A DNA stretch of 20,000 bases from an uncultured virus (IMG/VR IMGVR_UViG_3300007609_000011) (lineage: Duplodnaviria; Heunggongvirae; Uroviricota; Caudoviricetes): the IMG/VR virus record IMGVR_UViG_3300007609_000011, positions 58,121 to 78,120 of that record; one strand, written 5' to 3'. The position numbers and the translations under genes were made by a program. Positions 1 through 9,312 of this stretch are shown piece by piece (position 1 is the first letter of the stretch; every line of letters begins with the position of its first letter). The notes under the pieces are model-generated. The model was not told where the DNA came from and did not search any database. It worked only from the letters and a program-made list of their open reading frames with translations.

Positions 1-1
1 T

Positions 2-445
2 CAGATGGATTTTGGTAACGGCGGAACCAATGTTGATCCTACCGGCTTAATTGCATATTTGACTCCTAATACTGTAGGTACAAATTCTAGTTTATACAAC
101 AAGACATACAGTAAAATAGTGGATCAAAATGCTACCGTAAACGAAGACCCAATTAGAAATAAAATGGAAATTCGTCATATTGCTGGTGCAACCTATAGCG
201 ATATTATTGTAAGTTGTACTTTAGATTATGGCGAACCGGACGGACAAGAAGCATTTGATAATAGTCAGGATTTAAATGGTGAATTTGTCTTTGATGAGTT
301 AGGATTAAGATCCTACTCTCCATCAGGAACCGGAAAATTGTTAACACACGTTATTTTTCATCCTGTACAAAAATCATTAAACAGATTGCTCCAAATTGAT
401 TATACAATTAGAGTACAAAGCTTAACAGGCTTCAGCGAGGAATAA
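2..445 (+). CDS. Phage baseplate/tail structural protein, 5'-truncated by the window edge (resembles the tail-collar fibre/baseplate attachment domain, DUF3751-like)
   Basis: The frame is open to the window start (CAG ATG GAT...). Motifs FGNGG, FDELGL and LLTHVIFHPVQKS resemble the 'REIGL...LIA...P..K' pattern of fibre-attachment domains. It lies 1 nt upstream of the fibre gene array. Confidence 0.6.
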   Translation, partial: QMDFGNGGTNVDPTGLIAYLTPNTVGTNSSLYNKTYSKIVDQNATVNEDPIRNKMEIRHIAGATYSDIIVSCTLDYGEPDGQEAFDNSQDLNGEFVFDELGLRSYSPSGTGKLLTHVIFHPVQKSLNRLLQIDYTIRVQSLTGFSEE

Positions 446-446
446 T

Positions 447-2531
447 ATGCCGTATCAGGTTAATTTTACAGACAGAGAAAATAAAGTACCGATTACTGTT
501 TTCGACAATACTTCAAATGAAGACACCAGCTTAACCATACCGGGAAGAAATGTCACCGGCTACGGTCAAATAATTGCTGAAAATTTTGTTTCTTTATTAG
601 AAAATTTTGCAAGTGAAACTGCACCAGCTAACCCTATTGAAGGACAGTTGTGGTACGACGTAAGCAATAACACTCTTCAAATTTACGATAGTACTAATTG
701 GAAAGCAGCCAGTAGCATACAAAAAAGCATAACCGAACCGAGTGTAGAAACTGCTAATGTAGGTGAACTTTGGGTTGACACTATTAATCAACAACTTTAT
801 ATTTTCAGCGGAACACGCTGGATTTTGGTAGGCCCTAACTTTAGCTCGGGATTAAGAAGTGGACCTATTGTAGAACAAATTGTTGACAGTGACAACTTAG
901 ACAGAATTATATTAACATTCTATATCGACGATAATCCTATATTCATTGTTAGTAAAGATACATTTACACCTAAAACAAGTATTGCAGGATTTACTACTAT
1001 CAGTAGTGGATTAAATATTACCGATTCAAATGTCGATGTTGCAGGATTGGATGCTATCTTAAACAGTAGAGCCCAGTCGGCAGATGCATTAAACATCTCA
1101 GGCACTGAAGTTCCTGCTACAAGATTTTTAAGATCAGATGTTGTTAATACTTTAGAACAAGGTCTTAATATTAGAAATAATTCTGGTATTACTTTAGGAG
1201 CAGACGGTAATGTCTCTCTATCCAACACAGCGGCGGGTGTAAGGTTATATAATAACTCTCCAGGCAGCAGTATTGATTTACAAACTAATAGAGATGGTAC
1301 ACCATCGACTGTTTTGCGTGTTCAAAATCAAAATATAGGTATTAACAAACAAGATCCGGACTTTGCGTTAGATGTTGTAGGTGATATTGCTTTGACTGGA
1401 GAACTAACAGTTTCTAATACAACAGAATCTACAAATTTCTCTAACGGATCTATTCAGACAGCCGGCGGCGTAGCTGTATCTAAGAATTTGTTAGTAGGAA
1501 CAACTGGTGACATCCAAGGAACTTTAACAACATCTAATGTTGAGCCTAGAGTCACAGAAACTTATGATTCTGGGACTGCAACAAAGCGATGGAATACAGT
1601 AAGAGCAAAAACAATTATAGCAGACGAGTTACAAGGTGTGTTATCCGGTAATATTGTAGGTAACGCCAGCACCGCTACCAACTTACGATTTGCAACTTCT
1701 TTTCAGCTTTCGGGCGATGTAACTTCGCAAAGCGTACAGTTCGACGGACAAGTAGGCGGACTTACTAAAATTTTTAATACAACTCTTACAACAGACATTA
1801 TTAGTGGAAAGTCCGAACCTACCGGTGTATATGGGTTACGATCAGTAAAAGATGACTTTGTTTTAGTATTTAGAGCAGGATCCGGACTTTTAAAAGTCAA
1901 AAGAGATAATTTTATAGCCGATCTGGGAGTTCCAATCGGAACAATACTTCCTTTTGCAGGTGCGAATGCCCCATACGGATATCTTTTATGCGATGGTAGT
2001 GAAGTAGAAAGATTGAAGTATCAGAATTTGTATGATGTTATTTCAACAACTTATGGAACTCCAGCAGTCGGATTCGATACATTTGTTCTTCCGGATTTAA
2101 GAGGAAGATTCCCTCTAGGTAGAGATAATATGGATAACGGTGAGATTGTGCCTGATGATTCCGGAGCATTTGTAGACGCTGGCGGCGGAAATGCTGACAG
2201 GGTTGCTGGTACAGCGGCAGATAATCTCGGCGGCTCCGGCGGACAAAGCACTAACACATTAAGTGTAACTAACTTGCCAGATCACGAACATAACATGCAA
2301 GGTAGTACCGGCGAACAATATTATGCAGTTCGACCAGATACTGCTAACCCGTTAGATGACGGAGCATCATTAAGAGTAGGTCCTACTGTTGCAGGACAAA
2401 TGCAATATCTTCCAAGTTCCGGAGGTGTAAAAACCGCAGATATTTTAGGAGATGCTTTTGCGTTAATGAATCCATATCTGACTATTAATTACATTATAAG
2501 ATCTGGACCACCAGCTGAGGATTATATCTAA
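447..2531 (+). CDS. Tail fibre protein with phage tail-collar domain (short-tail-fibre-like C-terminus)
   Basis: 694 aa, rich in Gly/Thr/Ser/Asn. Carries the shared N-terminal module (GRNVTGYG...ENFVSLLENFA...GQLWYD), the tail-collar signature VPIGTILPFAG...GYLLCDG...LYDVI...LPDLRGRFPLG (~1929-2120), an LPDHEH metal-binding motif and the terminal NPYLTINYIIR. Confidence 0.85.
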   Translation: MPYQVNFTDRENKVPITVFDNTSNEDTSLTIPGRNVTGYGQIIAENFVSLLENFASETAPANPIEGQLWYDVSNNTLQIYDSTNWKAASSIQKSITEPSVETANVGELWVDTINQQLYIFSGTRWILVGPNFSSGLRSGPIVEQIVDSDNLDRIILTFYIDDNPIFIVSKDTFTPKTSIAGFTTISSGLNITDSNVDVAGLDAILNSRAQSADALNISGTEVPATRFLRSDVVNTLEQGLNIRNNSGITLGADGNVSLSNTAAGVRLYNNSPGSSIDLQTNRDGTPSTVLRVQNQNIGINKQDPDFALDVVGDIALTGELTVSNTTESTNFSNGSIQTAGGVAVSKNLLVGTTGDIQGTLTTSNVEPRVTETYDSGTATKRWNTVRAKTIIADELQGVLSGNIVGNASTATNLRFATSFQLSGDVTSQSVQFDGQVGGLTKIFNTTLTTDIISGKSEPTGVYGLRSVKDDFVLVFRAGSGLLKVKRDNFIADLGVPIGTILPFAGANAPYGYLLCDGSEVERLKYQNLYDVISTTYGTPAVGFDTFVLPDLRGRFPLGRDNMDNGEIVPDDSGAFVDAGGGNADRVAGTAADNLGGSGGQSTNTLSVTNLPDHEHNMQGSTGEQYYAVRPDTANPLDDGASLRVGPTVAGQMQYLPSSGGVKTADILGDAFALMNPYLTINYIIRSGPPAEDYI

Positions 2532-2532
2532 T

Positions 2533-4359
2533 ATGGCATACACAATTAATAAATCAGACGGAACAATATTAGCTTCGGTCCCTGATGGACAGTTAGATCA
2601 GTTTTCGACTGATTTAGCATTAATAGGAAAGAATTATAGCGGTTTCGGCGAAGTTTTCAATGAAAATTTAGTTAAACTTCTTGAAAATTTTGCAGATAGT
2701 TCTGCACCTGATAATCCTATTTCAGGACAATTATGGTTTGATACAACAGAACTCAAATTAAAAGTTTATAGCGGAACAGGATTTGTACCGGTTAGTTCCG
2801 CTACAATTTCAGAATCTCAACCCTCTGATTTAGGAGCTGGCGATTTATGGTTTAATAACGTTGATAGTCAACTGTACTTTTTTGATGGAACAAACATTAT
2901 TCTTTTAGGACCTGATTACAGCTCTAGCCAAGGAATATCGGGATTAAAAGTTGAAAATATCTTAGATACCTTGAATCAAAACAGAGTTGTAACTTTTTTA
3001 TATAATAATGGAATATTATTAGGTATCTTTTCAAAAGACACATTTACACCTAAAAATCCTATTGCTGGGTTCAGTGGAAGCATTATTCCTGGCTTCAACG
3101 CAGGAACATTAGATGGACTAAAGTTTGATGTTACTGTTACTAATTCGGAACAGTTAGGATCACAACCCGCAAGCTCTTATGTAAGAAACGATACTTCTAA
3201 TATTGTTAACGGACAATTAATTCTTGCATCGAATTTAGGACTAATTATAGGTGACGGCTCTCAAGCTCAGGTGTTTGTTAGTGATGGTAATATTTTCTTT
3301 GCAAACATTGCTCGAGAAAAAGATATAAGTTTCAATGTAAGAAAAGCAGTAGAATCAGAATCCGCCATAAAAATAAGTTCTGCAACACGCCAGGTTAGTA
3401 TATACGAAGATTTTACAGATAGCAAACTATTTACAGGCGGAGATGTAGAAATCACCGGCGATGTTACCATTAAAGGTAATCTAGTAATTAATGACGGGGA
3501 TGTTGCCCAAATTAAAACTTCAGAATTGTTGGTAGAAAATAAAGCAATTATATTAGCAGAAACTGGAGATAGTGCGTCGAACACAGATGAATATGCCGAC
3601 GGCGGCGGGATGATTTTAAAAGGAGCAAGCCCCCACGAATTTTTATGGAATAGAAATACTGAGGCATGGGAAAGTACTGAACATATTAATCTTGCTACAG
3701 GCAAAGCAATTAAAGTCAACGGAGTTACTGTAATTGACGGTTCTAGTTTAGGACCAGGTATTACCAGCATTCCGGGTGTAACCAGTTTTGGTACGCAGAC
3801 TACTGTGTCAGTAGGACCTATTTTATCTCCAGGAAATCCTCCAACAACTTATTTGCAAATACAATCTAATAGAATTTCAACGGTTACTGATAACTTAGAT
3901 TTAGAATTAGATCCTAACGGAACTGGAAATATTGCATTAATTGACAGTCCGAAGATTACAGGGTTAGCAGATCCGACATCTGATCAGGACGCTTCAACTA
4001 AAAAGTATGTAGACGATACTGTTGAAAGCAGGCCTTTGGCATTTAGTTTAGATATCTCTGATGGTTTACCAAACTCCGGTATTGCGGCAATACTTGAAGA
4101 CATTGCTCCTGTTGCTGATTATGCAGAAGGAACATATGCAAGGGTTCTTTGCAGTTCTGCATCCAACAGTCCTAACACAGTTGATGTTCAAAGTAATGTT
4201 AGTGTTAACCAAACAGAGGTAAACACTCCAACAGGAACAGCATTTGTTGTAGGTAATTTTGCAATATCTGATGTGACAGTTCCTGGACAGGCAATATCTA
4301 TTACCAGGGTAACAAAAATATTTAGAATTGTTTCTGGAGCATGGACGTTTATTTCGTAG
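2533..4359 (+). CDS. Tail fibre/baseplate appendage protein (paralogue 2)
   Basis: 608 aa. Same N-terminal module (MAYTINK..DG, GKNYSGFG, ENLVKLLENFA, GQLWFD, GDLWF) and a trimeric-fibre neck-like motif KITGLADPTSDQDASTKKYVD (~3949-4014). Ends in TAG. Confidence 0.75.
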   Translation: MAYTINKSDGTILASVPDGQLDQFSTDLALIGKNYSGFGEVFNENLVKLLENFADSSAPDNPISGQLWFDTTELKLKVYSGTGFVPVSSATISESQPSDLGAGDLWFNNVDSQLYFFDGTNIILLGPDYSSSQGISGLKVENILDTLNQNRVVTFLYNNGILLGIFSKDTFTPKNPIAGFSGSIIPGFNAGTLDGLKFDVTVTNSEQLGSQPASSYVRNDTSNIVNGQLILASNLGLIIGDGSQAQVFVSDGNIFFANIAREKDISFNVRKAVESESAIKISSATRQVSIYEDFTDSKLFTGGDVEITGDVTIKGNLVINDGDVAQIKTSELLVENKAIILAETGDSASNTDEYADGGGMILKGASPHEFLWNRNTEAWESTEHINLATGKAIKVNGVTVIDGSSLGPGITSIPGVTSFGTQTTVSVGPILSPGNPPTTYLQIQSNRISTVTDNLDLELDPNGTGNIALIDSPKITGLADPTSDQDASTKKYVDDTVESRPLAFSLDISDGLPNSGIAAILEDIAPVADYAEGTYARVLCSSASNSPNTVDVQSNVSVNQTEVNTPTGTAFVVGNFAISDVTVPGQAISITRVTKIFRIVSGAWTFIS

Positions 4360-4367
4360 GATAAAAC

Positions 4368-6167
4368 ATGGCATATATTATAAACAAATATAATGGAGAA
4401 ATTTTAGTTTCATTACAAGATGGAACTTTAGACAATAGCACAAGTTTAGGGTTGCTCGGCAGAAACTATACAGGCTATGGAGAAACCCAGAACGAAAACT
4501 TCCTGTTTCTCTTAGAAAATTTTGCAAACGACACTGCTCCTCTGCGTCCGTTAGCTGGCCAGTTGTGGTATGATACAACAAATGATGTTTTAAAAGTATA
4601 CGACGAAGCATGGTCTGTTGTAGGCTCGGCAATTGTTGGCACTGAACTTCCAGATACCGCAGTTAACGGAAGTTTGTTTTTAAAAAACAACGAGGAAAAA
4701 CAGTTTTATGTTTATGCCGATAATGACTGGCAACTTATTGGGCCGAGTTTTGTTGAAGGGTTTGGTGTAACAAGAGATGTAGGGTTATCTATTGTAGATA
4801 CTCAGGGTGTTTCACACCCTGCTATATTAAGAATTGTCGATAATATTGTTATTAGTATAACATCTAGCGATGATTTTTCTTTTAGATATGCAGATCAAGA
4901 CAGTATTTCTGTAACAGGAAATCAAAATTTGGTTAGATCTATATCTCAAGGAATTAATGTTGTTGAATCTAATTATCCGTTTGTAGGCAATCTTCAAGGA
5001 ACGGCGCAGTTTGCTGACCAATTAAAAACTCCCAGAAGTATCAATGGTGTTCAATTCGATGGAACACAGGATATAACGATCTCCTCGGCAACAACTAATT
5101 CACTCATTGCTGGAGATTATATATCAGGAAACAGCTTTGACGGATCGAGCGATGCTACATGGAGCGTTTTTGCTACACCTAACAATACTGTAGGTGCTAT
5201 TGTAGCGAGAGATAATTCAGGGAACTTCACTGCCAACGAAATCACTGCCGATCTTGTAGGGGATGTTACAGGAAATATTACTGCATCGTCTGGAACAAGC
5301 ACGTTCAACCGCTTAGAAGCTAACGAAATTGTAGGATTGACTTTTTCAGGAAACTCTTTTACTGCACAAAAACTTCAAACAGCTAGAAAAATAAATGGTG
5401 TAGATTTTGATGGCACAACAGATATTACTGTTCCTGCAAGTGCTAATACATTAACAGGAAATACACTTGCTTCTGGAGTAACAGAAAGTAATTTACAAAC
5501 ATTAGGAACAATCTCCAGCTTAGATATCGGTACAACTGGAATAAATGTTAACAATTTAATGACAATATCTGCCAATGATACACCTACAGTTTCGGCAGAT
5601 TCAGAAATTGATCTAACAATAGGTATTAATTCTCCTCTTAAATTAGTCGATGGAGATAAAGCATCGATTCTAGGCGGAGATGACGTTTTAACTTTATATT
5701 CTCAGTCTATAAATATTGGAATTCCTTCGGTTCCTATTAAAAAAATATACGCTAATGAGTTAAATGGTGTTGCCTCAAGCGCACAGTATGCCGATTTAGC
5801 AGAAAACTATGAATCGGATTTAGAATATCAACCAGGGACTGTTGTTATTTTCGGAGGATCGCATCAAATAACACACAGTGTTAAATCGAATGACCATAGG
5901 GTAGCTGGAGTTGTATCCGAAAACCCTGCATACTTAATGAATCGCGATGCTGTTGGAACACATGTTCTTCCGATAGCACTACAAGGTTTAGTTTCTTGTA
6001 AAGTTGTAGGCCGTGCGAAAAAAGGTGATTTATTGGTAACAAGTCATTTACAAGGAATAGCAACAGTAAATAATACTCCGTTGCCCGGAACCATTATAGG
6101 GAAGGCAATCGAAGATAAAAGTAACGACGGTGTAGATACAGTTATGATCGTTGTGGGCAAACACTAA
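4368..6167 (+). CDS. Tail fibre/spike protein (paralogue 3) with internal fibre repeats and a C-terminal Peptidase_G2-like intramolecular chaperone/autocleavage domain
   Basis: 599 aa. Shared N-terminal module, two 'L.T.R.INGV.FDGT.DIT' repeats and a C-terminal SAQYADLAENY...GTVV...GVVSENPAYLMN...ALQGLV..KV.G...KGDLL. SD-like AGGA upstream. Confidence 0.75.
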   Translation: MAYIINKYNGEILVSLQDGTLDNSTSLGLLGRNYTGYGETQNENFLFLLENFANDTAPLRPLAGQLWYDTTNDVLKVYDEAWSVVGSAIVGTELPDTAVNGSLFLKNNEEKQFYVYADNDWQLIGPSFVEGFGVTRDVGLSIVDTQGVSHPAILRIVDNIVISITSSDDFSFRYADQDSISVTGNQNLVRSISQGINVVESNYPFVGNLQGTAQFADQLKTPRSINGVQFDGTQDITISSATTNSLIAGDYISGNSFDGSSDATWSVFATPNNTVGAIVARDNSGNFTANEITADLVGDVTGNITASSGTSTFNRLEANEIVGLTFSGNSFTAQKLQTARKINGVDFDGTTDITVPASANTLTGNTLASGVTESNLQTLGTISSLDIGTTGINVNNLMTISANDTPTVSADSEIDLTIGINSPLKLVDGDKASILGGDDVLTLYSQSINIGIPSVPIKKIYANELNGVASSAQYADLAENYESDLEYQPGTVVIFGGSHQITHSVKSNDHRVAGVVSENPAYLMNRDAVGTHVLPIALQGLVSCKVVGRAKKGDLLVTSHLQGIATVNNTPLPGTIIGKAIEDKSNDGVDTVMIVVGKH

Positions 6168-6177
6168 TAAATACATA
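6166..6177 (+). promoter_or_regulatory. Putative T4-type late promoter (ATAAATA core)
   Basis: AATAAATACATA lies in the only sizeable gap of the fibre array, followed by the SD GGAG (6184-6187) and ATG 6195. An identical 12-mer occurs at 16680-16691 on the - strand. It resembles the T4 late promoter TATAAATA. Confidence 0.6.
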
Positions 6178-6194
6178 GTTAATGGAGCACTTAA

Positions 6195-7946
6195 ATGGCA
6201 TATAGAGTTGATAAATTTAACGGTACGTTTTTAACATCAGTAGATGACGGAACGATCGATACTACTACCGACATAAGATTTGTTGGTAAGAACTATGCAG
6301 GCTACGGCGAAGTTCAAAACGAAAACTTTCTTCATCTTTTAGAAAATTTTGCCAATACTTCTGCTCCGCCTAAAGCTATTACAGGTCAGCTGTGGTACGA
6401 TACGACAAATAAGCAGTTAAAGTTTTATGATGGTACACAGTTTAGAGCAGGATCAGGAACAGAAGTAAGTGATACTGCTCCTTCCGGATTAGCAACTGGC
6501 GATCTTTGGTTTGATTCTAGTGCAGATCAACTGTATGTTTGGACAGGAACAGAATTTGTATTGGTTGGCCCTGAGTCGACCCCGGAATTAGGTAATACTA
6601 CATTCCTTGGACAGGTTGTTAAAGATGACCAAGGCTCTAACCGAACATTAGGTAGATTGATTATTGGAGATCAAACGGTTGCTGTAGTAAGTAAAGATTC
6701 ATTTACTTTAGATAGTTCATTGAATCCGATTGCTGGTTTTACTTATATACAGCAAGGTATAACATTAATTAACAGTGCTTCAGGCGACACTACTTCTTCG
6801 CACAAATTTTACGGAACCGCAAGTAACGCAGAGTCATTAAACGGATTCACAGAGGATTCTTTTGTTAAAACCGGCAACGAATCGTTCGCTACTGTGGTTA
6901 CTTTTTCAGACAGCGGGTTTACTGTAGGTGGAGTAGAAAAAGATTTATTAATTTTTATTGATGGCGGCGACGATGCTACTATTCGAAATCAGCTAGGTAA
7001 ATCTATTTTCATGCAGGTAAAAGTCGGAGATCAAGATATTCGTACACCTGCAAAATTTACTTCTACATCTATGGAGCCTGGTACTAACAATTTTTATGAT
7101 CTAGGCGCAGTGAGCAATGTTTGGAAAACTGTCTATGCAAATTCTATAGTAGGTGATCTTACAGGAAACGTAACTGGAAATACTACTGGCATACATAAAG
7201 GTAATATCAGAGCAAATGATAATTCTGTAATGCTAGACGCAGATACTAAAACGTTTAGCGGAAGTTTCGCCGGAACACTAACAGGGACAGTAATTGGAGA
7301 GTTAGTCGGAACTGCTAACAATTCAGTGACATTAGGTGGCTTAAGCGCCGACGCCAGCGCAACAGCAAACACAGTAGCTATCCGAGATAACGATGGTAAC
7401 ATTACTGCTAATCAATTCGAAGGAGTATCAGATAAAACTGATAGGGTAAGAATAAATGATTCAGCAAATGACTCTGATCCGAATTATAGAAGTGCAAAAA
7501 CCACTGCTTCTGCTTTAACAATTGCCGCAAGAAATTCCTCAGGAGATCTATTCGCAAATATTTTTAGAGGAACAGCAACCAGTGCTAGATTTGCAGATCT
7601 AGCAGAAATTTATTCTACTGAAACTGAATTAAAAACTGGAACTATTGTAGCAGTTAGCGCAGATGAAGATTATGAAGTATGCGAAGCAATGCATACTGAT
7701 GTTCCGATAGGAGTTATTTCTGCAAATCCTGCTTATCTAATGAACAGTGAAGCAGAAGGACAAGCTGTTGCTCTAAAAGGAAGAGTACCGGTAAGGATTA
7801 AAGGATCCGTCAGAAAAGGAGATAAAGTCTTTCTTGATGGCAATGGAATAGGTTCTTGCTTAAATACAGGCGACTTAATAGGTATTGCATTAGAATCTAA
7901 TGATAATTCGGATGAAAAGCTTGTTGAATGTGTTTTGAAGGTATAA
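6195..7946 (+). CDS. Tail fibre/spike protein (paralogue 4) with a C-terminal Peptidase_G2-like domain
   Basis: 583 aa. Shared N-terminal module, Gly-x-x-x stalk repeats (GDLTGNVTGNTTG, GSFAGTLTGTVIGELVG) and a C-terminal SARFADLAEIY...GVISANPAYLMN...VALKGRVPVRI.G...KGD. Confidence 0.75.
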   Translation: MAYRVDKFNGTFLTSVDDGTIDTTTDIRFVGKNYAGYGEVQNENFLHLLENFANTSAPPKAITGQLWYDTTNKQLKFYDGTQFRAGSGTEVSDTAPSGLATGDLWFDSSADQLYVWTGTEFVLVGPESTPELGNTTFLGQVVKDDQGSNRTLGRLIIGDQTVAVVSKDSFTLDSSLNPIAGFTYIQQGITLINSASGDTTSSHKFYGTASNAESLNGFTEDSFVKTGNESFATVVTFSDSGFTVGGVEKDLLIFIDGGDDATIRNQLGKSIFMQVKVGDQDIRTPAKFTSTSMEPGTNNFYDLGAVSNVWKTVYANSIVGDLTGNVTGNTTGIHKGNIRANDNSVMLDADTKTFSGSFAGTLTGTVIGELVGTANNSVTLGGLSADASATANTVAIRDNDGNITANQFEGVSDKTDRVRINDSANDSDPNYRSAKTTASALTIAARNSSGDLFANIFRGTATSARFADLAEIYSTETELKTGTIVAVSADEDYEVCEAMHTDVPIGVISANPAYLMNSEAEGQAVALKGRVPVRIKGSVRKGDKVFLDGNGIGSCLNTGDLIGIALESNDNSDEKLVECVLKV

Positions 7947-7949
7947 ATT

Positions 7950-8903
7950 ATGGCAATAGGTGATAGAATAACCGCCGCAGAATATAATAGAATTAGAAAT
8001 AAAGCGGCAAAAATACTCGGTGAAGGAACTGGTAACTTTGGATGGGGACAAACTGTTCAGAGTTCCACAGTATCAGCGGGTGAACTAATTACAGAAGAGC
8101 AGTTTGACAATTTAAGATTTGATATATTTAATATTCTTAAACATATCGATGGAGTAGATCCTGTTATTACTAATATTTCAGACGGAGATATTATTGCATT
8201 CGGAGCTACCGAACCGGTAGAGCAATATGAAACTCTTGTTGATACTGCAACGTTGAATAGATTTAACTTAGGTACAGGAAATTTTGATACAATTGTTAAT
8301 CAAACAGGAGCCGCTGTAGATTTTGATCCGTCCCCTTGGTCTAACGCTATAGTTTCGGCTACTACTGTTGGTTTTACATCTGCAACAGAAGCTAGATATT
8401 TTTGGAACTCTGGAGGAAAGTTACGTTTCGATCCCGAAAGACCCAAGCAAGTGGGCGATTCAGACCAAGAAGACCAGTGGTCAGAGTTTCTTGACGGGTT
8501 AGGATTTGTAGTGTTTGATGAAGAAAATTCGGATACAAGGGTAACACTAGGACCTTACGATCTAACAAACACTTATCAAACAGTTTTTCAAGAATTTAAT
8601 ACCAGTACATATGCGGCCAACAGTTGGAAAATTGAAGCAAGGGTAAACACCCCTACAAATGCAAACGGAGAAGCAGACACTTTCTTCTTCCAATACACGT
8701 GGTCAGATGCTTATACAGATCCCGACTTAATAGACGGAAGACCGGATACTTATGTGCTCCCAGCAGATGAAGTCGGAGGAACTTTTTCGATTCAAGTAGA
8801 CGAAATACTACCGTCCGGAACATTACAACCTGCTCCTGCAACAGGAGATTTTTTAATACTCGGACCGAATTCCTATTCTACAACCACAATAGTCGGAACG
8901 TAA
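7950..8903 (+). CDS. Putative virion structural protein
   Basis: 317 aa, acidic and Thr/Gly-rich. The N-terminus has a repeated G..IT...(Y/F)N/D..R motif (GDRITAAEYNRIR / GELITEEQFDNLR), followed by ARYFWNSGGKLRF. It starts 3 nt after the last fibre gene. Confidence 0.55.
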   Translation: MAIGDRITAAEYNRIRNKAAKILGEGTGNFGWGQTVQSSTVSAGELITEEQFDNLRFDIFNILKHIDGVDPVITNISDGDIIAFGATEPVEQYETLVDTATLNRFNLGTGNFDTIVNQTGAAVDFDPSPWSNAIVSATTVGFTSATEARYFWNSGGKLRFDPERPKQVGDSDQEDQWSEFLDGLGFVVFDEENSDTRVTLGPYDLTNTYQTVFQEFNTSTYAANSWKIEARVNTPTNANGEADTFFFQYTWSDAYTDPDLIDGRPDTYVLPADEVGGTFSIQVDEILPSGTLQPAPATGDFLILGPNSYSTTTIVGT

Positions 8904-8912
8904 CTTAAACAG

Positions 8913-8944
8913 TTGACTCACCCATAAATATGTGCTAATATAAT
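8913..8944 (+). promoter_or_regulatory. Composite promoter: sigma70-like -35/extended -10 with an embedded late-type ATAAATA
   Basis: TTGACT (8913-8918), a 17 nt spacer, then TAATAT (8936-8941) preceded by TG-n (8933-8935). An overlapping TATAAT lies at 8939-8944, ATAAATA at 8924-8930, and AAGGT precedes ATG 8962. Confidence 0.65.
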
Positions 8945-8961
8945 ACAAAAGGTACATATTT

Positions 8962-9312
8962 ATGGATCCACGCTTTGAAAAAGCTCTTGATTTTGCAAAC
9001 TATCAAAAAACTCTAACAGTTCAAAAAGAAACACTAAAAGAAAAAACCATTAAAAAGATGCTAATCGGCTATAACGGTGGACTATTTTCTGTTGATCGTA
9101 ATTTAATGTGTTTTGTTAAAATGTTAGTTGACTCAGACAGAATCAAAGATATTCCACTTCTAGATTTAAATGATAATCCAATATTAATTGAAGATTTAAT
9201 CGATTTTTGGGAAACAATTTTAGATAATTATCTTCAAAATATGAACGATTATTATAAAGGGTACGAAGATTTAAAAAAACAAAGATCGGTAGCAAAAATT
9301 ATCGAATCATGA
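8962..9312 (+). CDS. Hypothetical phage protein (possibly tail-assembly chaperone-like)
   Basis: 116 aa with a helix / short beta region (YNGGLF, LLDLNDNPILIEDL) / helix layout. First gene of the coupled operon; ATGA overlap with the next gene. The function is a guess from layout and position. Confidence 0.6.
   Translation: MDPRFEKALDFANYQKTLTVQKETLKEKTIKKMLIGYNGGLFSVDRNLMCFVKMLVDSDRIKDIPLLDLNDNPILIEDLIDFWETILDNYLQNMNDYYKGYEDLKKQRSVAKIIES

Noticed and set aside
447..8903. Diversity-generating retroelement or invertible tail-fibre cassette
   Set aside because: I saw no reverse transcriptase or invertase, no near-identical TR/VR nucleotide pair and no inverted fibre segments. The paralogy is old and visible mainly at protein level.
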